The notes beneath the pieces were generated by a model. It ran no database searches. It saw only the letters and a program-made list of their open reading frames with translations, and was not told where the DNA came from. A stretch of 64,000 nt of DNA from a virus. Position 1 is the first letter of the stretch; each line of letters starts with the position of its first letter. Of the stretch, positions 29,486-36,706 are shown in pieces. The stretch lies in the IMG/VR virus record IMGVR_UViG_3300024231_000003, positions 1-64,000 of that record, one strand, 5' to 3'. Made by a program: the position numbers and the translations under genes.

Positions 29486-29561
29486 GGGGCATTAGCTCAG
29501 CTGGGAGAGCACCTGCTTTGCAAGCAGGGGGTCAACGGTTCGATCCCGTTATGCTCCACCA
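29486..29561 (+). tRNA. tRNA-Ala(TGC)
   Basis: Cloverleaf, G3:U70, loop TTTGCAA, CCA. Confidence 0.96.
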
Positions 29562-29570
29562 TTAATAATC

Positions 29571-29624
29571 GCCTTTTGGTAAAGGTAGTCTTGGGAGCAG
29601 ACTTTAAACGCTCTCATTTTTTTT
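29571..29624 (+). ncRNA. Candidate small pseudoknot RNA in tRNA spacer
   Basis: GCCTTT/AAAGGT hairpin, AGTCT/AGACT hairpin whose loop TGGGAGC complements downstream GCTCTCA, then T8. Confidence 0.4.
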
Positions 29625-29626
29625 AT

Positions 29627-29702
29627 TCCTTGTTAGCTCAGCTGGTAGAGCAACTGACTGTTAATCAGTAGGTCGTTGGTTCGAGCCCAACACAAGGAGC
29701 CA
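29627..29702 (+). tRNA. tRNA-Asn(GTT)
   Basis: Cloverleaf, loop CTGTTAA, G73, CCA. Confidence 0.96.
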
Positions 29703-29707
29703 ATACA

Positions 29708-29795
29708 GGAGAGGTGGCAGAGTGGTCGAATGCGGCGGTCTTGAAAACCGTTGAACTGCGAGGTTCCCAGGGTTCGAATCCCTGTCTCTCCGCCA
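29708..29795 (+). tRNA. tRNA-Ser(TGA)
   Basis: Long variable arm, loop CTTGAAA, G73, CCA. Confidence 0.96.
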
Positions 29796-29797
29796 TA

Positions 29798-29873
29798 GGG
29801 TGATTAGCTCAGTTGGTAGAGCGTCTCGTTTACACCGAGAATGTCAGGAGTTCGAGTCTCTTATCACCCACCA
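29798..29873 (+). tRNA. tRNA-Val(TAC)
   Basis: Cloverleaf, loop TTTACAC, CCA. Confidence 0.96.
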
Positions 29874-29876
29874 TAT

Positions 29877-29953
29877 AGAGACATAGCTCAGTTGGTTAGA
29901 GCATTCGCCTGATAAGCGAAAGGTCGGTGGTTCGAGTCCACTTGTCTCTACCA
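29877..29953 (+). tRNA. tRNA-Ile(GAT)
   Basis: Cloverleaf, loop CTGATAA, CCA. Confidence 0.96.
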
Positions 29954-29963
29954 ATTTAGATAT

Positions 29964-30038
29964 GCGGGTGTAGCTCAGTGGTAGAGCCTTTCGTTGCCAA
30001 CGAAACTGTCGACAGTTCGAATCTGTTCACCCGCTCCA
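29964..30038 (+). tRNA. tRNA-Gly(GCC)
   Basis: Cloverleaf, loop TTGCCAA, U73, CCA. Confidence 0.95.
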
Positions 30039-30054
30039 TAAATATAAAGTATAC

Positions 30055-30131
30055 GCGGTTGTAGCTCAGTTGGTTAGAGTGCCGGCCTGTCACGCCGGAG
30101 GTCGCGGGTTCGAGTCCCGTCAACCGCGCCA
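30055..30131 (+). tRNA. tRNA-Asp(GTC)
   Basis: Cloverleaf, loop CTGTCAC, G73, CCA. Confidence 0.96.
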
Positions 30132-30152
30132 TTAAATTAGGAGTAAGATGAA

Positions 30153-30590
30153 ATGAAATATATAACCACATTAATAATTGCATGCTTAATTGCAACAAGT
30201 ACATTTGCTAAAGAGCCAGTAATGGTTGAATACGATTTTCCTATTACTAGAGTTATTGATGGAGACACAGTGGCATTTGAAGCAAACTTTTTGCCAGACC
30301 CATTCAAGAAAGAATTAAGTATTCGTGTGTATGGTGTTGACACTCCTGAAAAAAGCTGGAGAGCAGAATGTGATAAAGAAGCACAATGGGGTGCAGAAGC
30401 TAGTGCATTTACAAAAAACATGATTAACGAATCACGTAACATTAAAATTGCTATTTACAAATGGGACAAATACGGTGGACGTGTGTTAGGTGATATTATA
30501 CTTGATGGATTTAGTTTACGTCAACTATTAATTGAAAATGGCTATGCACGTGAATATTACGGAGACAAGAAAGAATCATGGTGTGACTAA
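30153..30590 (+). CDS. Secreted staphylococcal-nuclease (thermonuclease)-like protein
   Basis: Signal peptide; RVIDGDTV, IRVYGVDTPE, DKYGGRVLG, LIENGYA. Confidence 0.9.
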   Translation: MKYITTLIIACLIATSTFAKEPVMVEYDFPITRVIDGDTVAFEANFLPDPFKKELSIRVYGVDTPEKSWRAECDKEAQWGAEASAFTKNMINESRNIKIAIYKWDKYGGRVLGDIILDGFSLRQLLIENGYAREYYGDKKESWCD

Positions 30591-31785
30591 TCCCAAAGAT
30601 GAAAAAGGATTTTGTGTAATACCATTTACACAATCGTTCATACAAGATAATCGATCCAGGCTATGTTGTGAAAGTAAACAAACAGACGTATTTTATTTAA
30701 CAGAAGATGTAAATTTTTCTGATATATGGAATAATGATTTTCATCAGAGCATTAGAAAACAAATGTTATCAGGTTCTGGCGTATTGCCAACATGTTGTGA
30801 AATTTGCACAATGGATGAAGAATCTGGCGAAGAAAGTATGCGCCAATTTCAAAACAAGTATCAAAACGCAAGCATTGCTGATTTTAATAGTGTAATAGCT
30901 CCCCCTCCGATTAGTTACGATATTAGAGCAAATAATAAATGCAATCTTGAATGTGTAATGTGTGATGGACGTCTTAGTACAGCTATCCATAAAAGACTTA
31001 ACGACTATGGTTTAACTGATGATGATGATTTTCCTGTTACATTTGGTGAAGAGTGGAAACAACAAGCATATATTATTGACCATGTTAAAGAAAATAGTAG
31101 CAATATTACTAGTATGAGATTTGCTGGAGGTGAGCCTTTTTTAATGCCAGAAGTATTAGACATGCTTGAATATTTTGCCAACACTGGAGATAGCAAAAAT
31201 ATTGATTTACAAATTCTTACTAATGGTACTACAGTGAGAACTAAATGGTTTTCCAATATACTTACCAAATACAAAAAAGTAAGATTAAAAATTAGTATAG
31301 ACGGCATTGGTGAAACTGGAGAGTATGTAAGATACCCTTCTAAGTGGAGCGTAGTTGATAAAAATATACAACGTCTACTAAAAATATCAAAAGAAAACGA
31401 CAATATAAATGTTGATCTAGTGCCAGTAATTCATTTGCTTAATGCATTAGAAATGGATAAAGTTATAGAGTATGCAGCAATCAATGAAGTTGATATGGCA
31501 TTAACACCAGTATATACAGCAAGCAGTAATTATCATATAACAGCTGATTTACTTACTAATGATCTTAGAAAGATAGCACATGATAAAATGATGAATATGC
31601 TAGACAAATATCCAGATATGTCATTTAGTGTAGGTAAAGGATTTATAACAAATTTGTTAAACATGAAGCAACGAACAGACCCTCGACCAATACAGCAACT
31701 TAATCAAGTTGTAAAATATTGGGATAGTCATAGAGAAGTTAAGTTCCTTGATCGATACCCATATTTGGATTATCTAATTAAATAG
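30583..31785 (+). CDS. Radical SAM protein with N-terminal twitch-like Cys domain (start uncertain)
   Basis: FCVIPF...LCC...CEIC...E; CNLECVMC; FAGGEPF; LTNGT; SIDG. Confidence 0.9.
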   Translation: MTNPKDEKGFCVIPFTQSFIQDNRSRLCCESKQTDVFYLTEDVNFSDIWNNDFHQSIRKQMLSGSGVLPTCCEICTMDEESGEESMRQFQNKYQNASIADFNSVIAPPPISYDIRANNKCNLECVMCDGRLSTAIHKRLNDYGLTDDDDFPVTFGEEWKQQAYIIDHVKENSSNITSMRFAGGEPFLMPEVLDMLEYFANTGDSKNIDLQILTNGTTVRTKWFSNILTKYKKVRLKISIDGIGETGEYVRYPSKWSVVDKNIQRLLKISKENDNINVDLVPVIHLLNALEMDKVIEYAAINEVDMALTPVYTASSNYHITADLLTNDLRKIAHDKMMNMLDKYPDMSFSVGKGFITNLLNMKQRTDPRPIQQLNQVVKYWDSHREVKFLDRYPYLDYLIK

Positions 31786-31789
31786 TAAT

Positions 31790-32332
31790 ATGCGTATAGG
31801 ACTCACACAACGAGTATTTGAACACAACGGCCAATCATATGATGCAACAGATCAAGACTGGTATACATACTTTGACGACCACGAGATTATACCCATACCA
31901 AATTACCCACAGAATTTTATAAGTTTAGCAGACAGTTTAGACTTGCTAGTTATTACAGGAGGCAATGCTCCTGCTGAACGAGTTAAAACAGAACTACACC
32001 TAGTTCGTGCTATGATGGATAATAATAAACCTATATTGGGAGTTTGTCATGGAGCGTTTTTCTTAACTGAACTATTTGGTGGCAAGGTTGTTGAATGTAG
32101 TGGGCATCATAATACTATACACAATGTTACAATGGATAATGCTACAGTACAAGTAAACAGTTTTCATAATTTACAGATAAAAAATGCACCAGAAATGGCT
32201 AAAGTGTTAGCAGTAGACGAAGATGGTTTTTGCGAAAGTTGGACATATGGATCTATTGGTACAGTTGTTTGGCATCCTGAGCGTGGAAATATATCAATAC
32301 CAAATGACATAACACTATTGTTAAATTTATAA
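31790..32332 (+). CDS. Class I glutamine amidotransferase (PuuD/peptidase C26-like)
   Basis: ITGG, ILGVCHG nucleophile elbow, VNSFH, WHPER. Confidence 0.88.
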   Translation: MRIGLTQRVFEHNGQSYDATDQDWYTYFDDHEIIPIPNYPQNFISLADSLDLLVITGGNAPAERVKTELHLVRAMMDNNKPILGVCHGAFFLTELFGGKVVECSGHHNTIHNVTMDNATVQVNSFHNLQIKNAPEMAKVLAVDEDGFCESWTYGSIGTVVWHPERGNISIPNDITLLLNL

Positions 32333-32340
32333 TTTAAAAG

Positions 32341-32434
32341 TATAAATATAGTTGTAGCACAGAGTTGTGCTATTCATCAAGTATGATTCACATGTTTATA
32401 GCAGAGTTGCTATATTATTTAAGGTGTGACTCAT
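32341..32434 (+). promoter_or_regulatory. Late promoter plus structured 5' leader with twin GAGT-loop hairpins
   Basis: TATAAATA, then GTAGCACA-GAGT-TGTGCTAT and TATAGCA-GAGT-TGCTATA, the second carried on an ATGATTCACAT/GTGTGACTCAT stem. Confidence 0.6.
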
Positions 32435-32512
32435 TTATTATAAAAATAAATGTTTTATTCAAATTGTCTACATAGTAGACAACATTACAAAGTTAAAATG
32501 GAGAATAATACA

Positions 32513-33217
32513 ATGGCTTTAACAGGTAAACAATTCGTAGAACAAGTAGCAGCAGATAACGCAGCACTATTCACAGCATCAAAAATGAACGTAAAAGCGT
32601 ATTTTGAGAGCAAAAACAACTCAACAGAAGAACTAGTTGAGCACTTCATCGGTCGTATGGTTAACGAACGTATGAACATGGTAGAGATCAGTAAGCAAGT
32701 AGCAGCAATGCCAGCAAATGCAGATCCAATGGAACTACAAAATCTATCAAAGCAAGCACACGATGAAGCAGTACACTTCCGTATGGTTAAAGAGTGCATC
32801 GAAAAAATCACAGGCGAAGAACTAGACGTAGACGCAGCAATCGCAGCAGAAGCAGCTAAGCCACAAGCTAAAGGTGCTGATCTTTTAGACAAGTACGAAG
32901 CATCAAATGATGAAGCAGCACTAGCAGTATACCAAATGGTTGCTGAAGGTCGTGCAGAAGCAGTATGGAACCAAATGGCTGACTCAATTGAAGATTCATT
33001 CATTGCTAAATCTTATGCAAAAATCGCAAAAGACGAAGGTTTCCACTCAACTATCGGCGCAATGAAACTAGAAACAATTGCAACAGATGCAGATACACAA
33101 GCACGTATCCTAGCAATCGTTGACGGAATGCGTAAAGACTTATTCAACGTATCATGTGAAAACACACTAGAAGCTGAAGGTTCAAAAGAACTAGTAGCTG
33201 AAGCATACGGTTGGTAA
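32513..33217 (+). CDS. Ferritin-like diiron four-helix-bundle protein
   Basis: E...DEAVH...E(GRA)...DEGFH diiron ligand pattern; GGAG RBS; strongly biased codons. Confidence 0.85.
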   Translation: MALTGKQFVEQVAADNAALFTASKMNVKAYFESKNNSTEELVEHFIGRMVNERMNMVEISKQVAAMPANADPMELQNLSKQAHDEAVHFRMVKECIEKITGEELDVDAAIAAEAAKPQAKGADLLDKYEASNDEAALAVYQMVAEGRAEAVWNQMADSIEDSFIAKSYAKIAKDEGFHSTIGAMKLETIATDADTQARILAIVDGMRKDLFNVSCENTLEAEGSKELVAEAYGW

Positions 33218-33244
33218 GTTATACTTAACAATTTTTGTTTAATT

Positions 33245-33270
33245 AAACCCAGTCTTTATGGCTGGGTTTT
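33245..33270. terminator. Bidirectional terminator between convergent genes
   Basis: AAACCCAGTC-TTTAT-GGCTGGGTTTT. Confidence 0.8.
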
Positions 33271-33274
33271 CTTA

Positions 33275-33661
33275 TTATAAGGCAGTAAGCATTGCCATAA
33301 TATCCAATACATCGCTAGGCTTTGCATAATATTCATCTTGTATCCATTCACGCTTTGGTGTAATATACTGACAGTCAAAACTATGATCTCCATTACCATT
33401 GCTAAATGCACAATAATTCCATACTCTACATATAACTGGTAAGTGAGTCATGCCTAATCGAGGTGCTAGGTATATTCTATGATTGCCAGTGTCTAGTCTA
33501 GCTTTTCTACTCCAAACACCTACACTTAATACAATAGGGTCTTGTACACCATTTTCCATGATGTCGCTCATTAATGCTAGATCATCAGTTGGACTGAAAT
33601 CTGGATTACGATATGGAGCCAACATTTGTATTGGCATTTGTTGTATTAAGGTGCTATCCAT
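33275..33661 (-). CDS. ParB/sulfiredoxin-like N-terminal domain protein
   Basis: DIMENGVQDPIVL...LDTGNHRI..A..LG...LPVI. Confidence 0.7.
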   Translation of the reverse strand: MDSTLIQQMPIQMLAPYRNPDFSPTDDLALMSDIMENGVQDPIVLSVGVWSRKARLDTGNHRIYLAPRLGMTHLPVICRVWNYCAFSNGNGDHSFDCQYITPKREWIQDEYYAKPSDVLDIMAMLTAL

Positions 33662-34221
33662 CTTTGCATAAAGCTCTTTCTTACATAACCACGTTGTTGC
33701 ACTCTGTGCCAGCTCTTTTCATTATTAAAGAAGATGCTGCAGTAATTAGGTCTTAATGGGAGTTCAATAACGTCAGTATCATAATCAGACATTATGATTG
33801 TTCCTCCATCAGCATATTCTTCTTCTTGTAAAAATATTTGCAATGTAACCATAAATTCACCTTTGTCACGATGTGGAGGTTGTAATTGATTACTAGGCAA
33901 GTCTAATTTATACGACTGTTTAGCCACGTATGGATGAAAGTCTTGTTCAAATTTGTTAAACACTGCTACAGCAAATTCATTGCTTTTTAATGGATCAGTC
34001 ATTATGATATCGTTATACTGGTGGTTACTCTTATTAGCTAAATTACACCAATTGCTTTCATCATCCATGTGATCAGACCAATCAATACTATCATATATAC
34101 GTTGTTGTTCAATCAACATATCTGGTGGCAAAAATTCTGGTATTACTATATGATTCCATGGATTATTGATAATCTCAGTATCATTTATTTTTTGTAATAT
34201 GTGTGTTAGAAAATCAGTCAT
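33646..34221 (-). CDS. 2OG-Fe(II) oxygenase
   Basis: PWNHIVIPEFLP, HRD, GGT, SWHRV...R. Confidence 0.8.
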   Translation of the reverse strand: MTDFLTHILQKINDTEIINNPWNHIVIPEFLPPDMLIEQQRIYDSIDWSDHMDDESNWCNLANKSNHQYNDIIMTDPLKSNEFAVAVFNKFEQDFHPYVAKQSYKLDLPSNQLQPPHRDKGEFMVTLQIFLQEEEYADGGTIIMSDYDTDVIELPLRPNYCSIFFNNEKSWHRVQQRGYVRKSFMQRWIAP

Positions 34222-34978
34222 TTATATCCTTTATTATAAAGTTGGTCCAGTTTTTATTTGTATCAGGTCCTGCATGTTCACCATCTCTGCCCTTATCAAC
34301 ATAATACTCTTCTTCAAGTGTAGGCCATGATTTTATAGGTATAGTTGTATCTATCCCTTGTGGTCTATCAAAACAATGTACTTCTACATTATGTAACTTC
34401 CATGTATTAATAATAGATTGCTGCATTAAATATGATTTAGTCATGTAGTTACTTTCATAGTATACATATCTTTCCCAAAATTCTATGATGTCATTACCAG
34501 ACCAGTGACCAAGTTGTTGTATCTTATCATCTTTATATATCAGATATCTTGAAGGACATGGGAACATAATTATAACTTTTTTTGGAATATAATTAGACTG
34601 TATTAGGGCATGTGTATTATGGTGTAAAGTATCAACACTTGCACCAGACACACCCATATTTATGGTAGTATTATTTGTGATCTGTTCATATATATTTGGA
34701 ATAGTATGCTTGTTATGCACGCCTTGACCAAATATATGACTGCATCCAAGAAATAGTACACATTCTTTCCAGTCAAATTCTTGTAATTCCTTTGTTCTAT
34801 ATCCGTGTGAATTAAGTCTATAATTCAGGTCCTGGGAATTAAAATATCTCCAATCAGTGCCTAGCTCTTTCTTTGTCTTAATCCAATTTGATTTGTGGTC
34901 ATCATGTAACCATTCGAGTGTAAGATTTGGAGTTTTTTTCTTATTTTCTAAATTTAAAATATCTATTTTATTAAACAT
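34214..34978 (-). CDS. SGNH-like hydrolase/acyltransferase
   Basis: LNSHGYR, FLGCSHIFGQG, NMGVSGAS, RDGEHAG. Confidence 0.7.
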   Translation of the reverse strand: MFNKIDILNLENKKKTPNLTLEWLHDDHKSNWIKTKKELGTDWRYFNSQDLNYRLNSHGYRTKELQEFDWKECVLFLGCSHIFGQGVHNKHTIPNIYEQITNNTTINMGVSGASVDTLHHNTHALIQSNYIPKKVIIMFPCPSRYLIYKDDKIQQLGHWSGNDIIEFWERYVYYESNYMTKSYLMQQSIINTWKLHNVEVHCFDRPQGIDTTIPIKSWPTLEEEYYVDKGRDGEHAGPDTNKNWTNFIIKDIND

Positions 34979-36077
34979 CAAAATGATCCTTCCAATTTAA
35001 TCCTCTGATATTATTCAGTGTTTCAAAATAGGACAACATCTTTTCTCTTAACTTCCCCCGTTCATCTTGGCTACTATTGAATTTGACTATTTTTGTCAAT
35101 TTTTTATTATTTAAATCTAGTATTGTTTGTATTATTTCAGGACTGGCTAAAAATGGTTGTAAGTGCTTTGGTTCATAAACACTCATGCCTGCCCAATGTA
35201 TATCCCGCTCATCACACCATTCTATTAATTTAGGTAGTGACTGCAAACTAGCAGCCTGGACACTAGTTTCAACATTAACTTTAATATTATCGTATGATAT
35301 CATTTTATCTACATTGCGTTCTAATTTGTCCCATTTGATAGGCCATCTTATAAAATCATTAGCTTTTCCATATCCATCTATACTAACATTTATTCGTACA
35401 TCTTCAAATTTAGATAGTACATCTTGTAGTTTTTTTCCAAAGCTGCCCCCGTTAGATGTGATTTGTATAATTGAATGGTTTTTATTTTCTTGTTGTGCTT
35501 CTAGTACAATTTCTAAAAAGTCACTTAACAATCCTCTAACAGTAGGTTCACCACCAGCAAATCTTATTTTACGTGCTTTAGATGCTTCTACTGCAATAGT
35601 TCTAAATTTAGCAGGATCGTCAAACCAATTAACTTCTGGAGAATGATGTTGTGGTCTAAATATTTTAAGTTGTGGATTTTTATTGTGTTCTTCTTCCATC
35701 AAACTACTATTGTAACTACCACACATAATACATCCAGCATTGCATATATTACCAAATTTAATCTCTGTGTCGAATAAACTAAACTCGCCTTCATTAGTAT
35801 ATCTCTGATCGCCGTTATATATCATTCCGTCAATATTGGCTTTTTCATCTAGGACACATTCATTGCATCCTTGGCCAAACCTATTGTTTTTCATATCATT
35901 CATTAGTTTTTTATAAAAATCACTATTTAGATAATCTTGTATTGTATTTTCAGATACTAGAACTTGATCAGGCTGCTCTTGCCAAGCACAACATGGACGA
36001 TAAACGCCTGTACTACTGATACTAATATGATTTACTGGCCATTTACACTTCATAAACATATTTATACTTGTTGACAT
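34971..36077 (-). CDS. Radical SAM protein with N-terminal twitch-like Cys domain
   Basis: CKWP...RPCC...CNEC; CNAGCIMC; FAGGEPT; SIDG; NDFIRWP. Confidence 0.9.
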   Translation of the reverse strand: MSTSINMFMKCKWPVNHISISSTGVYRPCCAWQEQPDQVLVSENTIQDYLNSDFYKKLMNDMKNNRFGQGCNECVLDEKANIDGMIYNGDQRYTNEGEFSLFDTEIKFGNICNAGCIMCGSYNSSLMEEEHNKNPQLKIFRPQHHSPEVNWFDDPAKFRTIAVEASKARKIRFAGGEPTVRGLLSDFLEIVLEAQQENKNHSIIQITSNGGSFGKKLQDVLSKFEDVRINVSIDGYGKANDFIRWPIKWDKLERNVDKMISYDNIKVNVETSVQAASLQSLPKLIEWCDERDIHWAGMSVYEPKHLQPFLASPEIIQTILDLNNKKLTKIVKFNSSQDERGKLREKMLSYFETLNNIRGLNWKDHFDV

Positions 36078-36099
36078 TGACTATCTATTATGCTAATAT
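36071..36099 (+). promoter_or_regulatory. Sigma70-type promoter driving a non-coding region
   Basis: TTGACA-17 bp-TAATAT with TGn extension. Confidence 0.65.
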
Positions 36100-36105
36100 A
36101 TGTAC

Positions 36106-36284
36106 AGACAGTATGCTAGTAGGATGACACGGACGCAATTTACTTGCAGCATCGAATACATATTGTCTAGTGGGGGAATAAAGCTTTTAGTTGACTGTTA
36201 TGTATCTGGCCAGCATCATAACCAACTGTAAGAGTTAGGTAATAAAAACGGATTAGCTATCCTGATAGATCCTTGGACCCCCAC
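36106..36284 (+). ncRNA. Candidate ~180-nt structured ncRNA of unknown family
   Basis: AGACAGTATG/CATATTGTCT stem begins at the predicted +1; second domain closed by GTGGGGG/CCCCCAC with two internal hairpins; no ORF in the track. Confidence 0.6.
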
Positions 36285-36302
36285 ATATATTAAATAAAAG
36301 TG

Positions 36303-36331
36303 TTGACACTCTAATTAATATGTAGTATTAT
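36303..36331 (+). promoter_or_regulatory. Sigma70-type promoter of tRNA cluster 2 (overlaps a TATAAATA late motif)
   Basis: TTGACA-17 bp-TATTAT. Confidence 0.7.
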
Positions 36332-36350
36332 AAATACATAATATAAATTA

Positions 36351-36441
36351 GGACAGGTGGGTGAGTGGCTTAAACCAGGGGATTACTAATCCTCCGAACG
36401 TTCATAGCGTTCCGTGGGTTCGAATCCCACCCTGTCTGCCA
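36351..36441 (+). tRNA. tRNA-Ser with anticodon ACT
   Basis: GGACAGG/CCTGTCT acceptor, G73, long variable arm GAACG/CGTTC, anticodon stem GGGGA/TCCTC, loop TT-ACT-AA, CCA. Confidence 0.88.
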
Positions 36442-36447
36442 AAGTTT

Positions 36448-36522
36448 TGGAACGTAGCATAATGGTAATGCACCGCTTTTTGGTAGCGTAGAGTATAGGT
36501 TCGAGTCCTATCGTTCCAGCCA
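36448..36522 (+). tRNA. tRNA-Gln(TTG)
   Basis: U1-A72, G73, loop TTTTGGT, CCA. Confidence 0.92.
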
Positions 36523-36527
36523 AGTTT

Positions 36528-36602
36528 GGTCCCTTCGTCTATCGGTTAGGACGCCAGGTTTTCAACCTGGAAAGACGGGTTCGATTCCCGTAGGGACTAC
36601 CA
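36528..36602 (+). tRNA. tRNA-Glu(TTC)
   Basis: Cloverleaf, loop TTTTCAA, CCA. Confidence 0.94.
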
Positions 36603-36691
36603 TATCAGTGCAGGTTTGCTAACAGTATTAGATATTCCCCCAGGCGTCAATATCGCCACTGCGGTAAGGTTCGAGTCCTTAGCTGATACCA
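36603..36691 (+). ncRNA. tRNA-like RNA (acceptor stem, T arm, CCA; no canonical D/anticodon arms)
   Basis: TATCAGT/GCTGATA-CCA and TAAGG-TTCGAGT-CCTTA; interior does not form a cloverleaf. Confidence 0.6.
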
Positions 36692-36706
36692 GAAATAAAT
36701 ACAACT

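Noticed and set aside
29956-30204. 82-aa minus-strand ORF
   Set aside because: It is the antisense reading of tRNA-Gly and tRNA-Asp
32354-32414. Canonical iron-responsive element (CAGAGU loop) before the ferritin-like gene
   Set aside because: Pairing forces a 4-nt GAGT loop; the 6-nt loop, 5-bp stem and bulged C geometry of IREs is not satisfied
32383-32475. 30-aa upstream ORF as a RiPP precursor peptide
   Set aside because: No RBS, overlaps the structured leader, and composition is typical of random AT-rich sequence
36603-36691. tmRNA, tRNA-Sec or tRNA-Pyl
   Set aside because: No G3:U70, no tag reading frame, and no correctly placed TCA/CTA anticodon loop with U33
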